Below, piece after piece: positions 28,480-37,516 of a DNA stretch of 64,000 nt. The position numbers were made by a program, and so were the translations under genes. Positions within the stretch are counted from its first letter, which is position 1, and each line of letters begins with the position of its first letter. The notes beneath the pieces were generated by a model that did not search any database, was not told the DNA's origin, and was given only the letters and a program-made list of their open reading frames with translations. The stretch lies in assembly GCA_025934645.1 (NCBI GenBank), contig JAICWY010000003.1:14670-78669 (forward strand). Direction: 5' to 3'. The DNA comes from Candidatus Eremiobacteria bacterium (GTDB lineage: Bacteria; Vulcanimicrobiota; Vulcanimicrobiia; Vulcanimicrobiales; Vulcanimicrobiaceae).

Positions 28480-29624
28480 TCGGCGTCGGTCTCATGAGTG
28501 GGACGTCGCTGGACGGCATCGACGCCGCTCTGGTGCGCATTCTGCCGAAGGGCGCGTCGTACCGCATCGATCTCTTGAATTTCGCGACCGTGCCATTCGA
28601 AGACGAACTGCTCGCGCAGCTGCGTGCCGCGCTGCCGCCCAACGCCGGGACCGTTAAGAGCGTCGCGGATCTGCATCATGCGCTGGGCGAAGCCTTCGCA
28701 GACGCGGCCGTAATCGCCGCCAGCGATACGCAGATCGATTACGTCGCCTCGCACGGGCAAACGATCTGGCACGACGGCGATGCGCACACCACGTTGCAGA
28801 TCGGCGATCCGTTCGCAATCCGCGAACGCGCGGAAGCGACCGTGTGTTACGATTTCCGCTCCGCCGACTGTGCCGCAGGCGGGCATGGCGCGCCTCTGGT
28901 TCCATATGTCGACGCCCTTTTGCTCGCCGCTGATGACGAGGACCGCGTGTCCGTCAATATCGGCGGAATCGCGAACCTGACCGCGCTGCCGCGCGGAGTG
29001 CACCCTGCCGATGTTACCGCTTTCGACAGCGGCCCCGGCAACATGCTCATCGATGCCTTCGTGCGCGAGCGAAGCGCCGGCGCGGTGACGTACGATCGCG
29101 GCGGTGAGCTCGCATTGCGAGGAACGCCGGATGCGCACGTTCTCGAAACGATGCTGCGCGATCCATATTTTTCGCAACTGCCGCCCAAGACGACGGGCCG
29201 CGAACGTTTCGGCGCTCAGTTCTTGCAGGCTCACGGTGCGGCGCTCTCAGGTCTGTCCTTAGAAGACGGCGTTGCGACGCTGACCGCGCTCACCGTGCAG
29301 TCGCTGGCCGCCGCCATCGTGCAGGCGTCGCCGGAAGGCTCTCGCGTGCTGCTCAGCGGCGGCGGCTCGCACAATGCCGCGATCGTGAGCGGCCTGCAAG
29401 AACGGCTCGCGGGTTTTCGCGTCGAACGTTCGGGCGTCATGAACGTTCACGCCGACGCCAAGGAAGCCGTCGCTTTTGCCGTCCTCGGATATGAAACGCT
29501 GCGCGAACGCGCCGCAAACGTGCCGCGCGTCACCGGCGCTTCCCACCCCGCCGTGCTCGGCGCCATTGCGCCGTACGATCTCTCCCGCTTGCTGCGCAAA
29601 GTCGAGAGCGAATGCCGCGCATAG
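28476..29624 (+). CDS. anmK: Anhydro-N-acetylmuramic acid kinase
   Basis: N-terminal IGVGLMSGTSLDGIDAALV, then ...SHGQTIWH... and FDSGPGNMLID are AnmK hallmarks. GTG overlaps the previous stop (GTGA). Confidence 0.9.
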   Translation: MIGVGLMSGTSLDGIDAALVRILPKGASYRIDLLNFATVPFEDELLAQLRAALPPNAGTVKSVADLHHALGEAFADAAVIAASDTQIDYVASHGQTIWHDGDAHTTLQIGDPFAIRERAEATVCYDFRSADCAAGGHGAPLVPYVDALLLAADDEDRVSVNIGGIANLTALPRGVHPADVTAFDSGPGNMLIDAFVRERSAGAVTYDRGGELALRGTPDAHVLETMLRDPYFSQLPPKTTGRERFGAQFLQAHGAALSGLSLEDGVATLTALTVQSLAAAIVQASPEGSRVLLSGGGSHNAAIVSGLQERLAGFRVERSGVMNVHADAKEAVAFAVLGYETLRERAANVPRVTGASHPAVLGAIAPYDLSRLLRKVESECRA

Positions 29625-30511
29625 CGGTGGGCGTCGACGCCGGCGGCAGCAAGATCGCGATCGTGCATTCGATCGACGGTGAAGCGGCGCGCGTGGAATG
29701 TTACGATGCCGCGAGCCCCTCGCTCAAAGGCCCCGAAGCTGCCGCCGACGCAATTGCGACCGCGATCGAGGCCACAATCGACGGCGCGAAGCCGCACGCG
29801 ATCTTCGTGGGCGCAGCGGGCGCGGGCCGCGAGGACGTTGCCTCGCCCATTACGGCTGCGTTGGAATCCCGCTTTGCCGGAGCGCGCGTCGAAGTGCGCG
29901 ACGATGCGTACATCGCGCTTCGCGCGGCCGTGCCTGAAGGCGACGGCGCGGTTCTGATCGCCGGCACCGGTTCGATCGCGTTTGCGCAGCGCGGCGAAGA
30001 GTCGTTCCGCTGCGGCGGCTATGGGTATTTGATCGGCGATGACGGTTCCGGTTTTGCGATCGGCGCTGCCGGCGTGAAACATCTGTGCAAAGTGTACGAC
30101 GGCCGCGTCCCGCGCGACGGACTTGCCGAGGTACTCGAAGGGCGTTTGGAGGTTTCGCGGTTGACGGACGTGCTGGAACGCGTGTACCGTTCCTCGTCGC
30201 CGGTCACCGCGATCGCATCTGCGGCGCCTGTCGTGCTGGAGATGGCGCAATCGGGCGAACGCAGCGCGACGCGCATTCTGCAAACCGCCGCGCTCGAGCT
30301 CTCCGACTTATTGAAAGGCGCGATAAAACGCTCGGGACTGCTCGGAACCGATGCGCCGATCGCGCTCGCGGGCGGATTGCTCGGCACCAACAGTTTGCTG
30401 ACGTTTCTTCTGGAAACGCGGCTTCTCAACGAATATCCCTCCATGCCGCTTCGCAAAGAGGCGCCGGCGCCGTGTCTGGGTGCGCTCGCCGAAGCTCAAC
30501 GATTGCTGTAA
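29612..30511 (+). CDS. BadF/BadG/BcrA/BcrD-type ATPase, probable GlcNAc/MurNAc kinase
   Basis: ASKHA phosphate-1 motif IAVGVDAGGSKIAIV. Then LIAGTGSIAF and GGYGYLIGDDGSGFAIG. Confidence 0.75.
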   Translation: MPRIAVGVDAGGSKIAIVHSIDGEAARVECYDAASPSLKGPEAAADAIATAIEATIDGAKPHAIFVGAAGAGREDVASPITAALESRFAGARVEVRDDAYIALRAAVPEGDGAVLIAGTGSIAFAQRGEESFRCGGYGYLIGDDGSGFAIGAAGVKHLCKVYDGRVPRDGLAEVLEGRLEVSRLTDVLERVYRSSSPVTAIASAAPVVLEMAQSGERSATRILQTAALELSDLLKGAIKRSGLLGTDAPIALAGGLLGTNSLLTFLLETRLLNEYPSMPLRKEAPAPCLGALAEAQRLL

Positions 30512-31402
30512 ATGAATACCGACCTGCCTCAAACCGAACAAGTCAATCCGCGCACTGCGGGGCTCGACGAGCTCTCGACCGAGCAGCTCGTGCGAATTCT
30601 CGCCGACGAACAGCGCGCCGCCGTCGATGCGGTGCTGGCGGTCAGCGATGCTTTGGCGCAAGCCGTCGATGAAATCGCCGCGCGTTTGCGCCGCGGGGGA
30701 CGCTTACATTACGTCGGCGCGGGCACGAGCGGACGGCTCGGATTCTTGGACGCATCCGAAATGCCGCCCACGTTCGGCACGGACCCTTCACTGGTGTGCG
30801 GGCATATCGCCGGCGGCACCGGCGCTTTAATCAAGGCGGTGGAGGGCGCGGAAGACGACGCGGCTGCGGGCGAACGCGAAATGCGCGATCACATCCGGGA
30901 GAACGACGCGGTCGTCGGCATCAGCGCGAGCGGCGGGGCGCCGTACGTGCTCGGTGCGCTGCGCGCGGCGCGCGCGAAGGGCGCGTGGACCATGGGCGTT
31001 GCGAACAGCCCGGAGGCGCCGCTGGTGCGCGAACCGGATTTGGGCATCGTGCTGAAAACCGGCCCCGAACCGTTGACCGGTTCGACGCGGTTGAAAGCCG
31101 GTACGTCGCAAAAAATTTTGCTGAACACGCTTTCTACGTCGGTGATGGTGCGGCTCGGCAAAGTGCACGACAATTTGATGGTCGACGTCGTCGCGACCAA
31201 TCAAAAATTGCGGAACCGCGCACTCCGGCTCGTCACCAGGCTCGCGCAGGTCGATGACGAGCAAGCGCGCGGTTTGCTGCAATCCGCGGGTGGGAGCGTA
31301 AAACTCGCGGTGGTGATGGCGCGCAAGCAGGTCGATGCGCAGCAAGCCCGCGCTCTGTTGAGCGCGCACGGTGATTCACTGCGGCTCACGCTCGCATTGT
31401 AA
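30512..31402 (+). CDS. murQ: N-acetylmuramic acid 6-phosphate etherase
   Basis: SIS-domain protein with LHYVGAGTSGRLGFLDASEMPPTFG, GISASGGAPYV and GSTRLKAGTSQK. Confidence 0.9.
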   Translation: MNTDLPQTEQVNPRTAGLDELSTEQLVRILADEQRAAVDAVLAVSDALAQAVDEIAARLRRGGRLHYVGAGTSGRLGFLDASEMPPTFGTDPSLVCGHIAGGTGALIKAVEGAEDDAAAGEREMRDHIRENDAVVGISASGGAPYVLGALRAARAKGAWTMGVANSPEAPLVREPDLGIVLKTGPEPLTGSTRLKAGTSQKILLNTLSTSVMVRLGKVHDNLMVDVVATNQKLRNRALRLVTRLAQVDDEQARGLLQSAGGSVKLAVVMARKQVDAQQARALLSAHGDSLRLTLAL

Positions 31403-31455
31403 CGTGGGTATATTCCTACCGACGACGCTGTGGCGCTGACGGAGGAATGAAACAC

Positions 31456-31623
31456 ATGGCTGCTTTAGCCGGAATCTTATGGACCGTGATCGTGATACTC
31501 TTCGCCATCTGGATCGCAGGGCTGATCCTGCACTTCCTTGGCGGCTTCATCTGGATCTTGTTCGCAATAGCAGTAGTGCTGCTCTTCGTGAACCTGCTCA
31601 CCGGACGAGGCGCGACAGTCTAA
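31456..31623 (+). CDS. lmo0937-family small membrane protein (55 aa; below ORF-track cutoff)
   Basis: MAALAGILWTVIVILFAIWIAGLILHFLGGFIWILFAIAVVLLFVNLLTGRGATV is the two-helix pattern typical of lmo0937-type micro-proteins. GGAGGA box at 31441-31446. Locally AT-richer codons. Confidence 0.65.
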   Translation: MAALAGILWTVIVILFAIWIAGLILHFLGGFIWILFAIAVVLLFVNLLTGRGATV

Positions 31624-31634
31624 CGACGCGAACC

Positions 31635-31671
31635 AGCGCCGTGACTCATGAAAGTCGCGGCGCTTTTTTTT
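31635..31671 (+). terminator. Intrinsic terminator-like hairpin + U8 after the micro-ORF; the loop contains the ATG at 31648
   Basis: 11-bp stem AGCGCCGUGAC (31635-31645) / GUCGCGGCGCU (31654-31664), loop UCAUGAAA, then T8 (31664-31671). Confidence 0.55.
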
Positions 31672-33210
31672 GCCATCATGCTGCTTGCCGCTCCCCTTTT
31701 AGGGCGGGCGGCAGCGCCAATTGCGTTCGTACCGCTGGACGACCGTCCGGTTACGCGGCAACTTCCCCAAATGCTTGGGCGCATCGCCGGGCGTACGGTG
31801 CTCGAGCCGCCGCGCGAGTTACTCGGCAACTATCTGACTTTCGGCGAGCCCGATAAGATCGCCGCATGGCTCAACGGCGGGCCGGCGCGACATGCCGGCG
31901 CATTCGTCGTCTCCGACGATATGCTCGCCTATGGCGGCCTCGTCGCGTCGCGCGTTCCCGGCGTCACGTATGCTGACGCATATTTCCGTTTACGGACGCT
32001 GCGGCAAGTACGCGCCGCGCATCGCGGCGCATGGATCGGCGCGTTCGGGACCATCATGCGGCTCGCGCCAACCGGCGTTCCGTCGCTCGGGCCTGCCGCT
32101 TCGTTCTTCGCGGCATATCCGCTTTGGGATTATCTGCAGCAGTACGCAAATCTGCACGATCCGCCGTTGCCCTCCGAACTCGCCGCCGCGGCAAAATTGC
32201 GCGCCGAGATCGGTGAGCCGGTGCTTCAGGCGTATCTCGACACGCGCGCGCGCAACTATGCGGTCGACGCGTACGCGATCGATCTCACGCAGCAAAACAC
32301 CATCGACACATTGGTCCTTGGACAAGACGACGCCGGCCCGGTGGGACTCCACGTCAAAGAAGTGCACGCGCTACAGGCGGCGGTACAAGACGCGGGAGTT
32401 TCGGATCGCGTCGCTATCGAGCCGGGCGCCGACGAACTGGGCATGGCGATGGTAGCGCAGGCACTCGCGCGCGGCATCGGTTGGACGCCCCGCATCGGCG
32501 TGAAATACTCCATGCCGGACGGCGGTTCGTACAACGACCCGCTGGAGTACGCGCCGATCGACGTCGCGATTACCTCGCTCATCCGGTTGTGCGGTGGGAT
32601 GCGTGATGACACCACACCGGACATCACGCTTTACGTGCGCGTCCCCAAAACCGATGCCGCGCACGATGCGGCGCTGGCCGCGGCCATACGGACTGATGCA
32701 GATGCGGGCAAGTCGGTGGCCTTTGCAGACCTCACGTTTTTGGAGGACCGCTTCGACAGGCAGGCATCGTTCGCGGAAACGCTGCTGCAAAGCGGGCTTG
32801 CATCGAAACTCGACGCGTACTCGTCGTGGAATACGAATGCGAATACCGTTGGAACTGCGCTTGCCGAAGCCGTAGCCGCCAATGCCGGCCGGCGCGCCGG
32901 CACGTACGATAGCCTGGCGCACAAAGAATTCACCTTTAACCGCATCGTGGACGACTACGCCTTTCACGACTACGTGCGTCCGCAGCTCAACGCCACGCTG
33001 ACGGCGCAAGGCATTCCGGACCACACGTACTTGTTACCGGAACAAGCGGCGCCAATTGCGGCTTTGAACCGCGACGTGCTTTGGAATATTGCATCGCGCA
33101 TTCTAACGCAATATGCGCCCGGCTATCACATCGCGGCGATGAACATCACGCTTCCATGGAACCGGACGTTCGAAACGGAGATCGATGCGTCTTTAGCGCC
33201 AAATTTATGA
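31648..33210 (+). CDS. Exported DUF4127-like protein
   Basis: Signal peptide MKVAALFFAIMLLAAPLLGRAAA. IAFVPLDDRPVT near the N-terminus as in DUF4127 proteins (recalled, not searched). ATG 31678 is an alternative start. Confidence 0.6.
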   Translation: MKVAALFFAIMLLAAPLLGRAAAPIAFVPLDDRPVTRQLPQMLGRIAGRTVLEPPRELLGNYLTFGEPDKIAAWLNGGPARHAGAFVVSDDMLAYGGLVASRVPGVTYADAYFRLRTLRQVRAAHRGAWIGAFGTIMRLAPTGVPSLGPAASFFAAYPLWDYLQQYANLHDPPLPSELAAAAKLRAEIGEPVLQAYLDTRARNYAVDAYAIDLTQQNTIDTLVLGQDDAGPVGLHVKEVHALQAAVQDAGVSDRVAIEPGADELGMAMVAQALARGIGWTPRIGVKYSMPDGGSYNDPLEYAPIDVAITSLIRLCGGMRDDTTPDITLYVRVPKTDAAHDAALAAAIRTDADAGKSVAFADLTFLEDRFDRQASFAETLLQSGLASKLDAYSSWNTNANTVGTALAEAVAANAGRRAGTYDSLAHKEFTFNRIVDDYAFHDYVRPQLNATLTAQGIPDHTYLLPEQAAPIAALNRDVLWNIASRILTQYAPGYHIAAMNITLPWNRTFETEIDASLAPNL

Positions 33211-33215
33211 GGCGA

Positions 33216-34025
33216 TCACGGGTGCGTGAAGTTCGCTTCGATCGGCGATGCATCGCCGCGTTCGAGCGCGGCGGCAGCCTCGAGTAGCGCTTGGGCAAGT
33301 TGCCGCAGTTCGGCGGCAACGTTGACGTTATTGGCATCCAGAATGTCCCGCCACATTGCCACGCTGGAACGGCTTAAACGCAGCAGCTCGCGAGCCGTCG
33401 GGCCGCAATAGGGATCGAGATCGGCGGCGCCGCCGTTGTCGCGGATGCGCGCGGCGAAAAGCGTTGCGAGCACTTGCGGCACGTGCGAGGTCAACGCGAC
33501 ACGCGCATCGTGTTCGGCGGCGTCTATGGCGACGGGACGCGCGCCGAGGGCCGCTAGGAAGTGCACGGCGCGCGCATTGAGCGCATCGCCGGCCGGGCGC
33601 ACGTACAGCCAAGGCTTATCGGAGAAAAGCGTAGCGCGCGCCGCGCCCGGACCGCTTCTCTCGGCGCCCGCCATAGGATGCGTCGCGACGAAAGCCGCGA
33701 TACCCTGCGCAGCCTCGGTTACCGGAGCCTTCACCGATGCAACGTCGATGATGAGCGATGCATGAGCCGGCGCTGCGGCGCGCAGCCGGTCGAGCTCGCG
33801 CAGCGTTCCGCTCGTGTGCATTGCCAGGACGACAGTATCGCACGATTCGTACAGCGCTTCGAGCGGCGTGCACGCATCGAGCGCACCCAGCTCGCGGGCA
33901 CGCTCGCAGACGTCGGGATCGGCGTCGAATCCCACGACGCGCCAACCCAGCTCCCGCGCGCGCAAGCCAATCGACGCGCCTATGAGTCCCGTCCCCGCGA
34001 TTCCAACGGTATGCGCGCCGTTCAT
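33216..34025 (-). CDS. tyrA: Prephenate dehydrogenase
   Basis: Rossmann VGIAGTGLIGASIGLRARELGWRVVGFD, then ...DVASVK... and HPMAGAERSG. Confidence 0.85.
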   Translation of the reverse strand: MNGAHTVGIAGTGLIGASIGLRARELGWRVVGFDADPDVCERARELGALDACTPLEALYESCDTVVLAMHTSGTLRELDRLRAAAPAHASLIIDVASVKAPVTEAAQGIAAFVATHPMAGAERSGPGAARATLFSDKPWLYVRPAGDALNARAVHFLAALGARPVAIDAAEHDARVALTSHVPQVLATLFAARIRDNGGAADLDPYCGPTARELLRLSRSSVAMWRDILDANNVNVAAELRQLAQALLEAAAALERGDASPIEANFTHP

Positions 34026-34396
34026 CGCGAAACCGCTCGCGCGAGATCCGGACGGAGCACGCGCGCGCCTTCCAAATAGACGTGTTCGATCTCGTGCTGC
34101 GCGCGCGAAGTATTCACATGCATCAGAACGCGAATGACTCGCCCGAGCGAACCCGGCACGTCGATCTCGCTGAAATGCAGCATCGGCACGTTTACCCAGC
34201 CCATCTCGCGCGCGCCGAGCGCCGGAAATGCGGCGCGCAGATCCGGCGTCAGACTGAAAAGCACGGATGCAATATCGTCGAGCTCGACCCCGTTCGCTTC
34301 GAGCATCTGCTGCAGCAGCCGTTTCGTCGCGCTCACGATCGCCTGTGAGTCGTCCGCGTCAACCGTGATGGCGCCGCGTATCCCACGCATCTTCAT
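34022..34396 (-). CDS. aroH: Chorismate mutase, AroH class
   Basis: MKMRGIRGAITVDADD......AT.RLL..ML..N......DI.SVLFSLTPDL.A.FPA...R..GW..VP is the AroH signature. The ATG overlaps the aroA stop (ATGA). Confidence 0.85.
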   Translation of the reverse strand: MKMRGIRGAITVDADDSQAIVSATKRLLQQMLEANGVELDDIASVLFSLTPDLRAAFPALGAREMGWVNVPMLHFSEIDVPGSLGRVIRVLMHVNTSRAQHEIEHVYLEGARVLRPDLARAVSR

Positions 34397-35685
34397 TGCA
34401 CGCAGCCTCCGAGCGAGCTCAGCGTAGAGAAGAAGGCCGGATACGAAACGCCGACGCACTCGGCGCCGCGGATCTCGGTCTCACCACTCGCGGCGAGCGC
34501 TGCAATTGCGGCGGCCATCGCGATCCGGTGATCGCCGTGCGATTCCACGATGGCGCCGCGCAGTTGCTGCGGTCCGGCGATCGTGAATCCGTCCTCGAAG
34601 GTGTCGACCTTTGCGCCCATCGCGCGGAGCATCGCGGCGACGGCTTCGATACGATCGCTCTCCTTTACGCGCAGTTCCGATGCGTCGCGCACGACGGTCG
34701 TACCCTCCGCTTGCGTTGCAAGCACGGCCAGCAAGGGCAATTCATCGATCAGCATCGGCACGTCCCGGCCGGTGATGGTGATACCGCGCAGCCGCGACGA
34801 CTCAACCACGACCGTCCCCGAAGGTTCGGGTTCGCTGCGCTGAACGCGCGTTTCGATGGCGCCGCCCATCCGGCGCAGCACGTCGATGAAGCCTGTGCGC
34901 GTCGGATTCAACCCCACGCCGCGCAGTTCGATGCGGCTCTCGGGTGTGAGCAGCGCCGCCGCCAGCCAAAACGCGGCGCTCGACGGATCGCCCGGAATAT
35001 CTAGGAACACGCCGCGCATTCTACGGCCGCCTTGCAGCGCGATCGCTCCGCCGCGCACATCCAGCGCTGCGCCGAATCGCGGCAGCATGCGTTCGGTGTG
35101 ATCGCGTGAATCGACACGGCCGCGCAGCACGGTTTCGCCGTCCGCACGCAAACCCGCGAGCAGCAACGCCGTCTTCACTTGCGCGCTCGGCAACGGAAGC
35201 TCGTACGCGATGGCTCTCAACTCGCGGGCGCCTTCGATCTCGACCGGCGCGACGCCGCCTTCGCTGAGGGTTACGCGCGCGCCCATACCGCGTAGCGGCT
35301 CGGCTATCCGCCGCATCGGCCGGCGCGAGAGCGAGATGTCGCCGGTCAGGCGAACGCGCCCCGGCTGCGAGGCCAGCACGCCCATGAGCAACCGCATCGT
35401 CGTTCCCGAATTCGCGCAGTCGATCGTGTTACCGGAGGCGAGCCACGCGTCGGGCCCCGCGCCGTGCACGACGACCGCATCGTCGTTGCGCTGCGTTTGG
35501 ACGCCGCAGGCGTTGAGCGCGCGGATCGTGGCGGAAACATCGGCGCTGCGCGGGACGCCGGCGATCCGCGTCCATCCGTTCGCGAGCGCGCCGCAGATGA
35601 GCGCGCGGTGCGCGATCGATTTGTCGCCCGGCACGCGCAGCGACCCCTGCAATGCTTTCGTTGAGGCGATTCGGACGTGCGCCAT
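34393..35685 (-). CDS. aroA: 3-phosphoshikimate 1-carboxyvinyltransferase (EPSP synthase)
   Basis: LRVPGDKSIAHRALICGALA, NSGTTMRLLMGVL, LSRRPMRRI, DHRIAMAAAIAAL. Confidence 0.9.
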   Translation of the reverse strand: MAHVRIASTKALQGSLRVPGDKSIAHRALICGALANGWTRIAGVPRSADVSATIRALNACGVQTQRNDDAVVVHGAGPDAWLASGNTIDCANSGTTMRLLMGVLASQPGRVRLTGDISLSRRPMRRIAEPLRGMGARVTLSEGGVAPVEIEGARELRAIAYELPLPSAQVKTALLLAGLRADGETVLRGRVDSRDHTERMLPRFGAALDVRGGAIALQGGRRMRGVFLDIPGDPSSAAFWLAAALLTPESRIELRGVGLNPTRTGFIDVLRRMGGAIETRVQRSEPEPSGTVVVESSRLRGITITGRDVPMLIDELPLLAVLATQAEGTTVVRDASELRVKESDRIEAVAAMLRAMGAKVDTFEDGFTIAGPQQLRGAIVESHGDHRIAMAAAIAALAASGETEIRGAECVGVSYPAFFSTLSSLGGCVQ

Positions 35686-37437
35686 TTACGCGTGCACCTC
35701 CGCGGCGGCTTCCAGCGGTATGCGATCCAGATCGGCGACGATCTCGGCGAAGTCATCGAAGGTAAGCGCTTGTTCTTTGTCGCTCTTCGCTTCGGGCGGA
35801 TTGGGGTGCACTTCAACCAGAATGCCGTGCGCGCCGACCGCTTTTGCAGCGCGGCACAACGGACGGATCCAGCGCCGCACGCCTACGCCGTGGCTGGGAT
35901 CCACGAGCACCGGCAAGTGCGAACGTTCGCGCAGCACCGGAACGGCGGAGAGATCGAGCGTGTTGCGCGTCGCGTTCTCGAACGTGCGGATACCGCGTTC
36001 GCAGAGAATGACGTTCGGATTGCCCTCGGCGAGAATGTACTCGGCCGCGGCCAGTAATTCATCGAGCGTCGCGGAGAGTCCGCGCTTCAGGAGCACAGGC
36101 TTGCCCGCGCGGCCCACTGCCTTGAGCAGATCGAAATTCTGCATGTTGCGCGCGCCTATCTGCAGCACGTCGATCTGCCGCGCCATGCGTTCGACTTGAT
36201 CGATCGTCATGACCTCACTCACTGTCGGCATACCGGTCGCGCGGCCGGCTTCGGCCAGTAAATCGACGCCTTCCCAACCCAAGCCTTGGAATGCATACGG
36301 ACTGGTGCGTGGTTTGAATGCGCCGCCGCGCAGCATAACCGCGCCGCGCTCTTGCACGGCTTGCGCCGTTTGCAGAACTTGCTCGCGCGATTCCACGGAG
36401 CACGGCCCCGCTACGATAACGAACTGACCGTCGCCGATCTGTACGCCGCCGATACGCAGCGAACTCCCTTCCGGGCGCGCCGGACGCGAGACGCGCGGCA
36501 GCGCCGCATTGCCGGCTTGCGGCAGCGGCTGCGGTTGCCACGTTCCGGTGGTGATCCGCGCCGCCCGGCGCAGCGCTACGCCGTTCGAACCGATGGGCGC
36601 GCCTATGTGCGCATCGTAACTTCCCAGGACCGTGAGTGTGACGGATGCGCGCCCGATTGCCGCGAGCGCTTCCGCGACATCGGGCTGGGAAACATCGCCT
36701 TCAAAATCCAGATAGAAGACGTGCTCGGCGCCGTGCCCGAGCCGCGCTTTGGATTCGATTTTACTCACGTTAATGTCGCGATCCGCGAAGGCGCTCAAGC
36801 ACCGCGCTAGCGTTCCGGGCGCATCGGAGAGACTGAAGATGATCGACGTCTTGCGCTGCGCCTTTTGTGCCCCATCGATTCTCGCATGCGGAGCGCGCAC
36901 GATCAGAAAGCGCGAAAACGTGTTGGGATGATCCCCGCAGTTCTCGGCGAGTTCGGCCAAGCCGTAGATACGTGCCGCTTCGGGCGATGCCAGGGCGGCG
37001 ATGGCGGGATTGCCGCTGCGCGCAACCTCGCGCGCGGCCACACCGGTGTCCTCGCACGGAATCGCGCGCGCCTGCGGCAGCGAGCTCAAGAAGCGGCTGC
37101 ACTCGGCGATCGTCAGCGGATGCGCGAGCACCTCGCGCACATCGGCGAGCGCGGCGCCTTCAACGCCGAGCAGCCGGTGATCGGTGCGCCACAGCACTTC
37201 CGCTACGGGAGCGAGGCCGAACTCGGCAACCAATTCGTACCCTTCGCGCACGGTGCCGGCAATGGCGTTCTCAATCGGAATCACGCCCGCATCGGCGCGC
37301 AGCGCGGCGACGCTCGCGGCTACTTCGCGATACGTGGGCAATCCCGACGTCGTCGCATCCACGCCGCGCGATTGCAGAAAATGGTGCACCACCAGTTGCG
37401 AGTAGGCGCCGTCGACGCCCTGATATGCCGCGATCAT
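35686..37437 (-). CDS. Fusion protein: prephenate dehydratase (PDT + ACT) - 3-deoxy-7-phosphoheptulonate (DAHP) synthase class I-beta
   Basis: N-terminal half (PDT, then ACT domain): IAAYQGVDGAYS...GVIPIENAIAGTV...NTFSRFLIV, then SIIFSLSDAPGTLARCLSAFADRDINVSKIESK. C-terminal half (DAHPS/KDO8PS fold): FVIVAGPCSVESREQ...GAFKPRTSPYAFQGLG...LQIGARNMQNF...VLLKRG...ILCERGIRTFE...VDPSH. Start at ATG 37437 with GGGGAG upstream. The stop abuts the aroA ATG. Confidence 0.85.
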   Translation of the reverse strand: MIAAYQGVDGAYSQLVVHHFLQSRGVDATTSGLPTYREVAASVAALRADAGVIPIENAIAGTVREGYELVAEFGLAPVAEVLWRTDHRLLGVEGAALADVREVLAHPLTIAECSRFLSSLPQARAIPCEDTGVAAREVARSGNPAIAALASPEAARIYGLAELAENCGDHPNTFSRFLIVRAPHARIDGAQKAQRKTSIIFSLSDAPGTLARCLSAFADRDINVSKIESKARLGHGAEHVFYLDFEGDVSQPDVAEALAAIGRASVTLTVLGSYDAHIGAPIGSNGVALRRAARITTGTWQPQPLPQAGNAALPRVSRPARPEGSSLRIGGVQIGDGQFVIVAGPCSVESREQVLQTAQAVQERGAVMLRGGAFKPRTSPYAFQGLGWEGVDLLAEAGRATGMPTVSEVMTIDQVERMARQIDVLQIGARNMQNFDLLKAVGRAGKPVLLKRGLSATLDELLAAAEYILAEGNPNVILCERGIRTFENATRNTLDLSAVPVLRERSHLPVLVDPSHGVGVRRWIRPLCRAAKAVGAHGILVEVHPNPPEAKSDKEQALTFDDFAEIVADLDRIPLEAAAEVHA

Positions 37438-37455
37438 CTGTCCAACTCCCCGAGC

Positions 37456-37495
37456 AAAAAAAGAAGAAGCCCCCGCCGGTCGGCGAGGGCTTCTT
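37456..37495 (-). terminator. Intrinsic terminator immediately upstream of the pheA::DAHPS start (attenuator candidate)
   Basis: Minus-strand RNA AAGAAGCCCUCGCCG-AC-CGGCGGGGGCUUCUU (15 bp with one G-U) followed by C-U7. No upstream minus-strand gene that it could terminate. Confidence 0.65.
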
Positions 37496-37516
37496 GCGAG
37501 TACGAACGTCCTTACT

